Shown: piece after piece, positions 24,187 through 36,116 of the stretch
Layout of the letters: each line of letters opens with the position of its first letter
How positions within the stretch are numbered: position 1 is the first letter of the stretch
Source of the DNA: Octopus vulgaris
Lineage: Eukaryota
Direction: 5' to 3'
Length of the DNA stretch: 64,000 bases
NCBI GenBank assembly: GCA_951406725.2
Contig: OX597833.1
Span: forward strand, 60,698,001-60,762,000
Made by a program: the position numbers and the translations under genes
Notes under the pieces: generated by a model
The model's database searches: none
What the model was told of the DNA's origin: nothing
What the model saw: only the letters and a program-made list of their open reading frames with translations

Positions 24187-24807
24187 CTTTCAAATTTTGG
24201 CACAAGGCCAATAAGTTCAGGGGAGAGAGTAAGTCAACTTCATCGACCCCAGTGTCTGACTGGTACTTATTTTATCAACCTTGAAAGGATGAAGGGCAAA
24301 GTCAACTCCAGCAGAATTTAAACTCAGAGTGAAAAAAATGGATGAACTGCTGCTAAGCATTTTGCCTGGCATGCTAATGATTCTACTAGTTCACTGCCTT
24401 GATGATGATGATGATGATGATAGTAATAACAGCAACAACCTGAATGCTTTATAAGAATATGAAACTAAACCTAATACTTGCTTACTATTTTATTTTCTTG
24501 ACCTTGGAAGGAGAAGTCAACCGTAGCAGGATTTGAACTCAGAGCATAAAAGGATGTAAGTAAATACAACAAACAATTCTGTCAATCCTATAAGAATGAT
24601 TATGACGAATTAACACCTCCCCCCTCACACACACACATAATCTACCAAATGAAATAAAGATACTGGCCACACAATGGGACTTGAAGCATTTCATGTTGTT
24701 TAACCAATCAAGTGGACTTATGATTAAAACTAATACAAAAATGATGATGATGTGCTGCTGAACATTGTGCCTGGCATGCTAATAATTCTGTCAGCTTGCT
24801 GCCTACT

Positions 24808-25745
24808 TCATCATCATCATCATCATCGTAGTTTAACGTCTGCTTTCCATGCTAGCATGGGTTGGACGGTTTGACTGGAGTCTGGGAAGCCAGAAGGCTG
24901 CTCCAGGCCCAGTCTGATCCTTCAGTGTTTCTACAGCTGGATGCCCTTCCTAACGCCAACCACTCCATGAGTGTAGTGGGTGCTTTTTACGTGCCAGGCG
25001 AGGCTGACAATGGCCACAATCGGTTGGTTCTTTTTACATGCCACCAGCACAGAACCCAGTCGAGGTGGCGCTGGCAATGGCCACGTTTGGATGGTTCTTT
25101 TACGTGCCACTGGCACTGGTATCACAACTACAATTTCCATTGATTTTTGATCGAATTTCGATTTCACTTGCCTCAACAGGTCTTTGCAAGCAGAGTTTTG
25201 TATCCCAAGAAGGAAAGGTATGCTTATAATATATACTTATAATATATATTGACAAGAATATATATTAAAGAACCAAGTGTCTTTGATTAATGTAAAAGAA
25301 TTGAATATAGGTATTGACTGTGTTACAGAAATGCTGCATGCCTGGAAATCTTGTGATTTGGAAAGTGAAATGCATTTTCCACTGACTTCCATGTTTTAGA
25401 GATCTCAATAGGAAGTGGGTTTCATCATCATCATCATCATCATTTAACATCCGCTTTCCATGCTAGCATGGGTTGGACAATTTGACTGAGGTCTGGCAAA
25501 CCAGACTCCAATCTGATCTGACAGAGTTTCTACAGCTGGTTGCCCTTCCTAACGCCAACCACTCCGAGAGTGTAGTGGGTGCTTTTTACGTGCCAGCGGC
25601 ACGAGGGCCAGTTTGGTGGTACTGGCAATGGCCATGCCCAAATAGTGCTTTTTATGTGCCACCTGCACAGGAACCAGTCCAGCGGCACTGGCGACGTCCT
25701 CGTTCGAATGTATCATGTGCCAACAGCACAAGTGCTAGTAAGGCG
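24808..25745 (-). mobile_element. Two RTE 3'-tail repeats (24808-25225 and 25422-25745)
   Basis: Family 3 consensus, each starting from a (CAT)n tail. Confidence 0.7.
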
Positions 25746-26106
25746 GAACTCCACATTGCTAGATATCATGGGTCAAACACTTCTGTAACCTAAATGATGT
25801 TCATACAAAAATTTCTTGCACTGGTTTCTATTTGATTTGATCAAATGTGAAATGAAGTCAAGATTTCTCTTTTAAAACAGACTTTATGATTGAGTAGAGG
25901 AAAAACAAAAACAAAAACATTTTCCATTTTTTGGGGAATACAAAACGAATATAAATTGACATATTGTATACATGATAATCAATTTCCCAAATGGACGTTG
26001 GTGATTGCAATAGGAAGACAGGTGCAGAAGGCTGCCTTAACAACATTGAAATATATTGATGCCTGAAGAGGCATCGCAGAACAGGCTAGAAGGATCAGCA
26101 TCTCAC

Positions 26107-26139
26107 CTTTATATTCCCGTTCTCTTCCTTGGCGAGAAG
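26107..26139 (-). CDS. GPS2: Candidate 33-nt in-frame GPS2 cassette exon
   Basis: ccattttctgctccctgtgaattag|CTTCTCGCCAAGGAAGAGAACGGGAATATAAAG|gtgaga. Phase 1-1, matching the flanking exons; adds (T)SRQGREREYK. Confidence 0.55.
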
Positions 26140-26563
26140 CTAATTCACAGGGAGCAGAAAATGGAGATAAATGGCAGAGTTTTAATTTCAACATTACAGC
26201 AACAGCAACAACAACAACGACAAGAATACAGAAACAAACAACAAAAACAGAATATACAATAGTTCGGTATTATATCTTTACAGGTATGTCCAAGTTTAAT
26301 TAATGCTTTTATTTTTTTGTTAATCAATATATCTGACCTTGTATTAATAAAAATAGTGAATTAATGATAAAACTGTTAGAGGTTCATACATGGTCGTGTG
26401 GTTAAGAAGTTTGCATCACAACTACAAAGTCTCAGGTTCAATTCCAGACTGCAGCACCTTGGCCAAAGGTCTTCTCTTACAGTCTCATACTTACTAAAAT
26501 CCTGAGTGAAATTAGAGAGACAGAAACTGGGGGGAAGCTAGTAAGGGGATCATTACAGTTTAA

Positions 26564-27034
26564 CCCTTTCGTTACCAACCCGGCTGAAACTGGCCCTGGA
26601 TCTCTAGTACAAATGTCTTGTTTTCATAGGTTTTGAATTAAAATCTTCCACCAAACCTTAGTCACATTTTATATTCCTAACACCAGCTTAATGATAACTA
26701 AGTTATTTTATTAAATTCTTTGTAATATTTAAAATAATTGAAAGAAACACAGAACATCTCAAAATAAATACGGTAACAAAAGGGTTAAAATATATAACAG
26801 AGAAACAATTCTTAACCCTTTTGATACCAACCCAGCTGAAACCACTTCTGGCTCTGTAGTATAAATGTCTTGGTTTCGTAAGTTTTGAATTAAAATCTTC
26901 CACCAAACCTTAGTCACAATTTATGTTCCTAACACTAGCTGAATGATAACTAAGTTATTTTACTAAATTATGTTATATTTAAAATAATTGAAAGAAACAC
27001 AGAGCATTTCAAAATAAATACGGTAACAAAAGGG
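26564..27034. mobile_element. Two adjacent piggyBac-like MITEs of a second family (26564-26784, 221 bp; 26816-27034, 219 bp)
   Basis: TTAA|CCCTTT(C/T)G(T/A)TACC ... GGTAACAAAAGGG|TTAA in both. A SINE-interrupted relative spans ~10958-11400. Confidence 0.8.
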
Positions 27035-27992
27035 TTAATCTCTTGTTTGGTCATTGGGTAACTTCAGTGGAGTTCATTCTACTGCAAACATTAAGACCAG
27101 ACTTCCAGCCTGAGGCTAGCATCCACCCTTCCTCTTATCAGATATGAAGCTCCAAAACCAATTAGGAGCACTGCCCTTCCTTGTTTAATTAAATTGTGTA
27201 AAAAATGATTTTCTTACTAAATTGATTATAATTTAACAAACATGGTAATACATCAGTGCATAGTAAACCTGATGGCACTGACTCAATAATTACCTGGACC
27301 ATTGTTCGTTAAGGAGCTGACGATCTGCAGCTTTTATCACAATGATCACGTTAAATGTCTCCTTTCAGTTAAATGCAATGCAGAATCATGCCAACCGATA
27401 TTGTGTACAGACACATCTCTTCAGAATACCAACAGAAAGACAACCTTTATTACTTGATATATGGTCTTTCACATAATGATTTATTTTTAGCTTGTTTTTG
27501 ATCACGTATCCTTAACTGGTTATCAAGAACCAGCCAACCAGCCTTAAGATGGCCAAGCATGGTTACAAGTTGAGTATTTCACTGGATTATTGATATCTAT
27601 GGGGCTTCATTTCTTTGCATCTTGCTTCAGTTTTGAGTGTTTAATGAGATTCTCTTCAGAATGGATGGGCACATCCAATGTATATTTTCCCCTATGAACA
27701 ATTGCAATTATTCTTAAACTTCCTACAGGAATATTACCTTTTTTTCAGATCAGATTTAAGGCAATTTTTGCAATTAAAGTTTAGTTTATAAAGGAAGTCT
27801 TTTCTGGATGGAAGTGTTTCACCATCTACATAAATTACATGAGATGCCAATCTCAATCTGCTTGGAATATTGTCAGAGAATCTCTATGCTTACATCTGCC
27901 GACTCCAAAACTTCAACATCACTCACACACTCTTGCCAAGATATATTTATACAGAGTATATTAATATCTAGTAATATAAATAAGTATATATG

Positions 27993-28039
<47 letters not shown>

Positions 28040-28050
28040 AGAAATACATT

Positions 28051-28092
<42 letters not shown>

Positions 28093-29089
28093 TCAAAATA
28101 GGCAACAAGAATAACTTCAGTAGTTCTTGTTGCTTATTTTGATTATAATCACCCTATGGATTTATATGGATAACACCGTACAGAATTCTGGTGCATCTAA
28201 TTTAAGTACCATATTCATTTGAATCTACATTTTGCTGAACTTATATATATATATATATATACATATGTATACTAGTATATAGTATAGACATATAGTAGAA
28301 TATCAGAGTATGTGTGTCAAGAAACACACACACACACACACTATTCACATCAAACAAAATGATTGAGCTGTCAGCATTATTCAAGCTATGATTAAATAAC
28401 TGAATATATTGGCACGAAACCATTGACATCATATTAACAATACCCTACTATTAAAAGAAATTATTCACTCATCCAATGCAGTGTTAATCAATCAGGTTTT
28501 ATTTTGTTACTAACACACACACACATATATAGATATGTAATTACATTAGTATATAGTTAAATGTATTGGTATATAGTATTTATTAGTAAAAGTAGAATAT
28601 GTTAGAGTATACAGAATGTATTAGTGTATATATAATATAACAGCACATCAAATCTATTAGTTAATATAAATATATATGTTACTATACATAGAATATACTA
28701 CAGGAAATGTACTATAAGGTATATCCAATTAAGCAGTACAAGATCCTTTCTTAGGTTATAATACATTGCCACGACAACTAAATAAACTTGTACAGTTCGA
28801 TAATCTTCATTAAACTATTTCCATTCATTAATTATAGAGATCTGCTATCAATTGGTTGAGTTGGTATATTCTCATGGGTCTGGAGATCTCAGCTGCTGTT
28901 CTATTTACAGCAATTCAGAGCAAAAACACTCTTTATTTATATCTTCAGATCATGTATACCCAGAGAATAGGTACCACATCGAAGTGGTTCACTTTCAGAC
29001 CACAGTACCCTTAGCTATAAGTAACAGGTAACCAGATCAATGTTATTTCATATCAAACTACACGCCACTTCCAATCACATAGCAGTTAA

Positions 29090-29875
29090 TCTATATATCT
29101 ATATCTCTCTCTATATAAACGGCAGTTTGTCTGTGTGTGTTTCTGTGTGTCTGTTTGGTTGTACCCTCACCCTGACCACGGCTTTCAACCGATTCTGATG
29201 AAACTTGACACACACATAGCCCAATGTCATAATTCAAAACTAACGCAGCGAAAATTTTGAAAAGTTCCCCCAGTTCTGAAAAAAATCGATAAATTCGACA
29301 TGGGGTCGAGAATCAGAAACACAAACCACAGACTGTCTAGGGGACGCAACTCCACCTCTTTAACTCTCAAAAAAAATTTACCATCATTTTTCCCCCATTT
29401 TTTTGCTATATTTTGGCTATAACTATCTAAAAATGCTTTATAGTTATTTCCCTTACAAACCCGAGCAACGCCGGGCGATACTGCTAGTATATATATAAAG
29501 CTGAAGTTGTCTGTGTATGGCAGGTTTGGTAGCCTTCAACTAACACTATCTCCTCCGAGACCCTGCGGCGCAAGTTGACCAAAATTGAGAGTATGATAGA
29601 AGAACGCTTGCTATTCATTCCGTAGAAGAAAAAATTCAAATCGGACCATGTTAAGACCAAAATTTATTTACATCAAAATGGTGCTTTTTTTCTATGAAAA
29701 TCCCTATTTTTTACGATTTAATGACTGCTGTGTCGCCATTTTTCGATGTATTTCAACCAGAAAAATGTTCACTTAAAGAGAATAACAAGCTACATAATGC
29801 AAAATTTTTACTTTTCAAAAATTCCAATTCTAAAGGGTCGAAACACACCCGAGCAATGCTGGGCAATACTGCTAG
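29090..29875 (+). mobile_element. Composite of two non-autonomous Helitrons (29090-29487 and 29488-29875)
   Basis: 5' TC; two 3' ends CCCGAGCAA(C/T)GC(C/T)GGGC.ATACTGCTAG. Inserted between A and T with no TSD; the empty site is reconstructed from the host repeat at 30002-30030. Confidence 0.75.
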
Positions 29876-31069
29876 TAATAGATAAAGAGATCAATCAATT
29901 TCCCTCAGACCACAGTTCACTACCAACCACTTCATCTAGCTGTCAGTAATATGTACCAAATCAATGCTATTTCATCTCAGACCACACTCCACTTCTAATC
30001 ACATAGCTATTAATAATAGATTAAGAGATCAATCAAATTCCCTCAGAACACAGTTCATTGCCAATCAGTTCCTCTAGCTGTCAGTAATCTATCAGATCAA
30101 TATCATTTCACCTCAGATCACATTCTACTCCCGATCACTTGCCCTAGCTGTCAATAATATATAAAAGGACAGACATCCTTCTCAAGCCCTATGGATTCAT
30201 AAGGGCTGGTTTCCTAGTTTATATATATTTACCCTCTCGATGGGATGTTGGTCAGTTGCTGAGTGGACTGGAGCAACATGAAATGAAGTATTTTGCTCAA
30301 GAACACATGTCACCCAGTCCAGGAAGTGAAATTACAATCTTACAATCATGAGTCCAACACCCTAACCATAAAACCACATGCCTCCACGTCAGTCATACAT
30401 GCCAGATCAATATTATTCAGCTAAGACCACAGTCTACTAATCAAATCAAATAGCTCTCAGAATAATAGATAACCAGATTAATCTAATTCAGTCTCTGACT
30501 ACAGTTCGCTAGTCTTCTCAAAGACTATCTACATGTGAGTAAATTCCTTGATTACTATGTAGTTCCACTGTGAACTACCCCAGAGTATCTCTTTACTTGG
30601 GAAGACTGGACCATGTTTCAGCTAGAGTTGCTGAAGAATGGAACAAACTGCCGGCATCAGTTGTTAGTTGTCGGAGCACTGCATCTTTCAAAACTTCCAT
30701 GCTTTCTGAGATTCGCCAACACTACACCTGATTTTTTCCCCTGCATACACACGCCAGCATGTATCTGACTCATACACTGTTCACTTTCCAGACATTTGTA
30801 CATTACTGCATATACTTTATATGCACTTTTGACAAGTTGTGGTGCACCTGAGCACTGTATACAATAATTTCATTATTATTATATCTCATTCAGTAACATG
30901 TTGTTCTAAACATTGGCTTTATTGTTTAATAACCCAACACCTTACCGACCTGGTCAGCTCTGAATCTCACCACAAAGATACAAGTGAATGAATACAGTAA
31001 CTTAGAATCAAATATGTGCCATGTTACTTTAAATTACATTTTATAGTCTTTTAAAATTACCTTCGATTG

Positions 31070-31289
31070 TTATGTTCATCAGACAGAAAACAAGGTAATC
31101 TCTACTCTTCTCCTCTGGAAGCCATCTACTCGCGATACTAGAGGGTGCACACTCTCCTACCCTGATGTAATTTCCAGGGATACAGGCATCCAGCAACAGG
31201 ACCTCCGTAATGCTATGATGGACCGTGAAGTGTGGCGTAGCATAGTAAATTCCATTGTCTCGACCAGTCGAACAATGATGATGATGATA
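31070..31289 (+). mobile_element. RTE-clade LINE 3' end
   Basis: ISTLLLWKPSTRDTRGCTLSYPDVISRDTGIQQQDLRNAMMDREVWRSIV, then a (TGA)n tail. A short inverted copy lies at ~33737-33812. Confidence 0.7.
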
Positions 31290-31901
31290 AGATTCATGAT
31301 ATATCTGGATTAAGCTTCTAAACAAACATTCAACCTGCTAAAAATATTCATTAAATCTCCCTCAAACTACACTCTAGTATCTTAACAAAAATCGAAATAC
31401 AAATCAGAAAATGTTGTACTAGATGCCTTTTAAAAAGATGCGATGGTCATGGCTGGAAAGCCTTTGATCACAGGTCTACCCAATCTGGAGGTAAACAACA
31501 GATTAAAATTTTTTACTCAATTATGACATTATACAAGTTCACAAGATTATAACAGTCAGGTCAAGAGTTTGGACTACGAGCCTCATGGTTATAAATTCAA
31601 ATCTTATTTCCACAGTGTGTTGTGACTATGAACAAGGGACTTAACTCCAAGGACTTTAGTTAGCTTAACTCATAAAAGAACAGAAAAAGAAAACAGGCTC
31701 CACTTCTGCTTCTGCATGGTTGAGTGGTTAGTGGTTGCAAAGGCAGTTAACTCTGTCAATTACTCCAAGACAAACTCATCTTGATCATGCAAGCATGCAA
31801 AAATGGGATGAAATAAAATCAAAAATTTGTGAACATAAAAATCAGTTTGGTAAAAAAAAAAGTCAATGCTAGTTAAACACAAAATCTTTAAATTAAACCG
31901 T

Positions 31902-31940
<39 letters not shown>

Positions 31941-33189
31941 TGCAAAACACTTTCAATACAGTAACCATCAGAGCATCACAACAAAACACAGCACATACCC
32001 AAGGCACACAGAGCTGCGTTCGGTAGTGAAGTGAAAGCACGATATAAAAAAAAAACTACTGAATAATAATAATAATAATAATGATAATAATAATAATGAT
32101 AATAATAATAATAATAATGATAATAATAATGATAATAATGATAATAATAATAATGATAATAATAATAATAATAATAATGATGATATTAATAATAATCTTT
32201 TCTACTGTAGGCACAAAACCTGAAATTTTGGGGAAGGGGGCTAGTCAATCACATCGACCCCAGTGCGTAACTGGGACTTATTTCATTGACCTTCAGCAGA
32301 ATTTGAACTCAGAATGTAAAGACTGATGAAATGCTGTTAAGCATTTTCCTTGGCATGAATAATAATAATAATGGTTTCAATTTTTGGCACAAGGCCAACA
32401 ATGTCAGGGAGGAGAAAGACTAACTACCACAACCCCAGTGTTCAACTGGTACTTATTTTATTGACCCTCACCCCACCAAAAAAGGACGAAGGGCAAAGTC
32501 AACCTGGTTGGGATTTGAACTCAAAACGTAAAGACAGATGAAATGCTGCTATGCATTTTGTCCAGTGAGCTAACGATTCTGCCAAGCGTAACTGTATGAT
32601 TCAGAAATTCACTTCCTAACCATGTAGCCTTGGGTTCAGTCCTTCTGTGCAGTAACTTGGCTAAGTGTCTTGTACCATAGCCAAGGCCAACAAAAGCCTT
32701 GTGAGTAGATTTGATAAAAACTGAAAGAAGCCCATTGTGTGACTGTACACCCACACATACATACTACTGGTTTAGCAGTTTCAAGGCCATCTGTAATTAG
32801 ATATGCTGTACGATATGACCAACCCCGATGTCATTCCGAATGGTTATGCTAGTCAGATGAAGGGACCATATTCGATGGTGAATCACACTCCCGGAAGGAG
32901 AGAACCTGACTCCTGAACACTCAGCAGGGCTTCCAAATCGAAACAATGTACAATATATGCAAGGCAATCAAATGTCTCCTCCTCATGCTGTGGGGCACCA
33001 TGGAAGATCCACTGCACGTGCTCAGAACCTGAACAGTGCTGGACCATCCTGGCTGCCCCCTGATCCTCCTTCAATGCCAGGTACACCGACAAACAGATAA
33101 AGGTAGATGAGAAAGGACATCCAACTATGAAACAATGCCTTGATAATATATTCATCTCATCCATGTAAGCATAGGAAAATGGATATAAA

Positions 33190-33412
33190 CTTTCGTCCGT
33201 GGCCGTTTGCCAGCCCCGTCTGGCACCTGTGCGGGTGGCACGTAAAAAGCACCCACTACACTCACGGAGTGGTTGGCATTAGGAAGGGCATCCAGCCGTA
33301 GAAACACTGCCAGATCAGACTGGGCCTGGTGCAGCCTTCTGGCTTCCCAGACCCCAGTTGAACCGTCCAACCCATGCTAGCATGGAAAACGGATGCTAAA
33401 TGATGATGATGA
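33190..33412 (+). mobile_element. RTE 3'-tail repeat, family 3 (one module)
   Basis: Family consensus with (TGA)n tail. Confidence 0.75.
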
Positions 33413-34151
33413 TCTCCTCAACTTATGACCTATGTGACTTACGAACATCCGCACATACGTCCACAAAAAAAAGGAAATAAAAAGATAAACAAATACATAA
33501 AAAAACTGATTTTCAGACATTGAGCAGGTTGCGTGTGCTATAACTATGGCAGCATCTGGCAATGCAGGCCTCCCTCAGATCCATGCATCCACTGCCTGCC
33601 ACCATCTCTCATTCAGTCGCTTTCAAGCATCAGTTGCGTCTGAATGAAAATAGTGTTGAAAAAATATAAATCTGACATATGACCTGTCAGTCGGAAGGGA
33701 ATGAAGTCGTGAGTCAAGGAGAAGGTGTTATATATAATCATCATCATTGTTTGACCATGGTCGAGACAATGGAATTTACTATGCTACGCCAGACTTCACG
33801 GTCCATCATAGCATGGGGTAGAAAGGGCTCCTTAGCCGTAGTGAAGGCAATCTGTCTAGGGAGATAACCTTACAATAAATCACTCGGTCCGTAGCTTAGA
33901 AATACTTGGTTGACGTCCAGCGGGAACAGCTTTGTTTCATGGAGGAGGAAAGATCATCTTTAGTGCTTGGTTGTACAATGCTTTCCAATGTGTGTAGTAG
34001 CGGTGCGCGCACACATTATTAGCCATTTGAAAAGACTATGGAATTTACAATTAACTGCACCAGGGTTATATATAAATGTGTGCGTGCGTGTGTGTAAGTA
34101 TGGTGGTTTCACAATGGTGTGTTTGCAGTTAAGTAAAAAAAAAAAAAAATC

Positions 34152-34575
34152 AAAAGGAGTGGCTGTGTGGTAAGTAGCTTGCTAACCAACCACATGGTTC
34201 CGGGTTCAGTCCCACTGCGTGGCATCTTGGGCAAGTGTCTTCTGCTATAGCCCCAGGCCGAACCAATGCCTTGTGAGTGGATTTGGTAGACGGAAACTGA
34301 AAGAAGCCTGTCGTATATATGTATATATATATATATATATGTATGTGTGTGCGTGTGTGTGTTTGTGTGTCTGTGTTTGTCCCCCTAGCATTGCCTGACA
34401 ACCGATGCTGGTGTGTTTACGTCCCCGTCACTTAGCGCTTCGGCAAAAGAGACCGATAGAATAAGTACTGGGCTTACAAAAAGAATAAGTTCCGGGGTCG
34501 ATTTGCTCGACTAAAGGCGGTGCTCCAGCATGGCCGCAGTCAAACGACTGAAACAAGTAAAAGAGTAAAAGAGAG
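34152..34575 (+). mobile_element. SINE family 2 (CORE-like)
   Basis: Near-identical to 22147-22553. Confidence 0.85.
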
Positions 34576-34898
34576 AGTACAGTAAGCTAAAGTAAAATAA
34601 CATTTATTTATTCATACAAAGCTAAATCTGTATGAGTGACTACATGTAGTTTCTTGTTTATGGTTGTCTGTCACTCACACAAACACACACACACAGAGGT
34701 GTGTGTGCATATCTGTTGTCGATGTATGCCAGTGAAGGATGTAAACCTCAGTGAGAAAACTGAAAAGCCAGTGTTTACAAATGAAGTCAATCAACTTGAC
34801 ATATCTGTTCAGTCCCTAGTCAAAGTAATGCCATGAACCGATGGCTGGTCATTTATAACCAATGACAACACAACAGTTCATAAACTGCAATATAAAAC

Positions 34899-35320
34899 GG
34901 ATCTTTTCGGTTTGAACGGCAGTTTTTTCTAGCGGTGTCATATGAAATTGTCACCCATAATTATGACCCTAGTATCGATCTATTGTATTTCAATCTGTTT
35001 TAGGGTTAGGGTTAGGGGTGGGAGGAAGGGTATCTTTTTTTCTTCAGAAATGTAAATAAACCCAATCTGTTTCTTAAACGAGGGACATATTCATACGGCA
35101 CAGAATGATTTTTTTACCTCAATGGATGTCATTGATTGGTTGAAATTGCAGAAATTGAAGAAAAAAAAACAACAAATATCTTACAAACTATAGAATTTTC
35201 TCAATAAAGCCAAGAGAAAAAAGATGTTTTATAAACACATTCTACCAGTATACGAAGTTAAAAATTTTTTTAGTTACCTAGAAATTATGTTAAAAACTGC
35301 AGTTCAAACCGAAAAGATCC
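34899..35320. mobile_element. MITE with GG-terminal TIRs and 8-bp TSD (Merlin-like); contains a short TTAGGG run
   Basis: TIR GGATCTTTTCGGTTTGAAC(G/T)GCAGTTTTT. Perfect TSD TATAAAAC (34891-34898 / 35321-35328). A partial relative starts at 47194. Confidence 0.75.
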
Positions 35321-35379
35321 TATAAAACTAATAAATATGCTGCAGCGATGAAAACGGAAAGCGAAGGAAGTTGTCTTAC

Positions 35380-35625
35380 TTGTCTGTGGCATCCTCTGTA
35401 ACTGATAATTGTGGGGATAGGATTCTGTAAGTGGCTTCTGTTGTTGTGGATAATGACCAGGGTAAGATGTAAAAGCCGACTGAGATGCGACGGTTGGAGT
35501 GGTGGTGTATTTGGTGGTAGGAGGGCCAGCTGTGAACGGGACTGCTTGCTGCTGGTAAGCATGGGTACCTTGACTGGCGTATGCTACCTGGGGTGGTGGT
35601 TGGTTCTGACCGTAGGTGGTAGGTT
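35380..35625 (-). CDS. GPS2: GPS2 coding exon 6
   Basis: ctattttcag|AA CCT...ACA A|gtaaga; KPTTYGQNQPPPQVAYASQGTHAYQQQ...YPHNYQLQRMPQT. 246 nt, phase 1-1, P/Q/Y-rich like the GPS2 mid-region. Confidence 0.88.
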
Positions 35626-35765
35626 CTGAAAATAGAACAAATAATTAAATAGATAAATAAATAAATAAATAAACAAAACTTTACTCACACCCACCCTTAC
35701 ATAATGATGGGTAGCCATGTATCTCCTGTGTAGCAAGACACCTTCTTATATTTATCCTTTTTTCA

Positions 35766-36116
35766 TCTCTATATATATATTTGGCAAAATGTCTGTGTGT
35801 GTGTCCTTTATACAAATCCACAATTTTTCAGTTAGAGGGCTCGCACTTTCTATGGTCATTCAAAACCATCCAAGGGTGGTCGTGGACATCTTTATATTTC
35901 CCCAGTCACCCTGCAAAGTCATTCAAAAATCAATAGAAGTGACTTTTTTGTGAATTTTCTATCCAAAACCCAAAACATGATACACCAATTGAATGCTAGC
36001 TAGCTGCATGTGATTGGTCAGAGATTTGGACAGTACTTGCGTGTATGTGTGCATGCACACAGCTGTATATGCATGCACTAGCACTATGACCTAGCAATGC
36101 CAGGTCATAGTGCTAG
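35766..36116 (+). mobile_element. Non-autonomous Helitron
   Basis: A|TCTCTATATATA start, terminal hairpin GACCTAGCAATGCCAGGTC then GCTAG. The 5' 150 bp are repeated at 51759. Confidence 0.65.

Noticed and set aside
26061-26086. CTGAAGA...GAAC as a hammerhead
   Set aside because: Lacks GAAA and a consistent stem I and III; better explained as a simple hairpin next to the microexon.
32780-33100. Plus-strand ~70-codon open frame as a nested gene exon
   Set aside because: Starts right after a stop with no acceptor. Across frames it gives CCGAP/MEDPLHVLR, more like a decayed LINE zinc-knuckle tail; low confidence either way.
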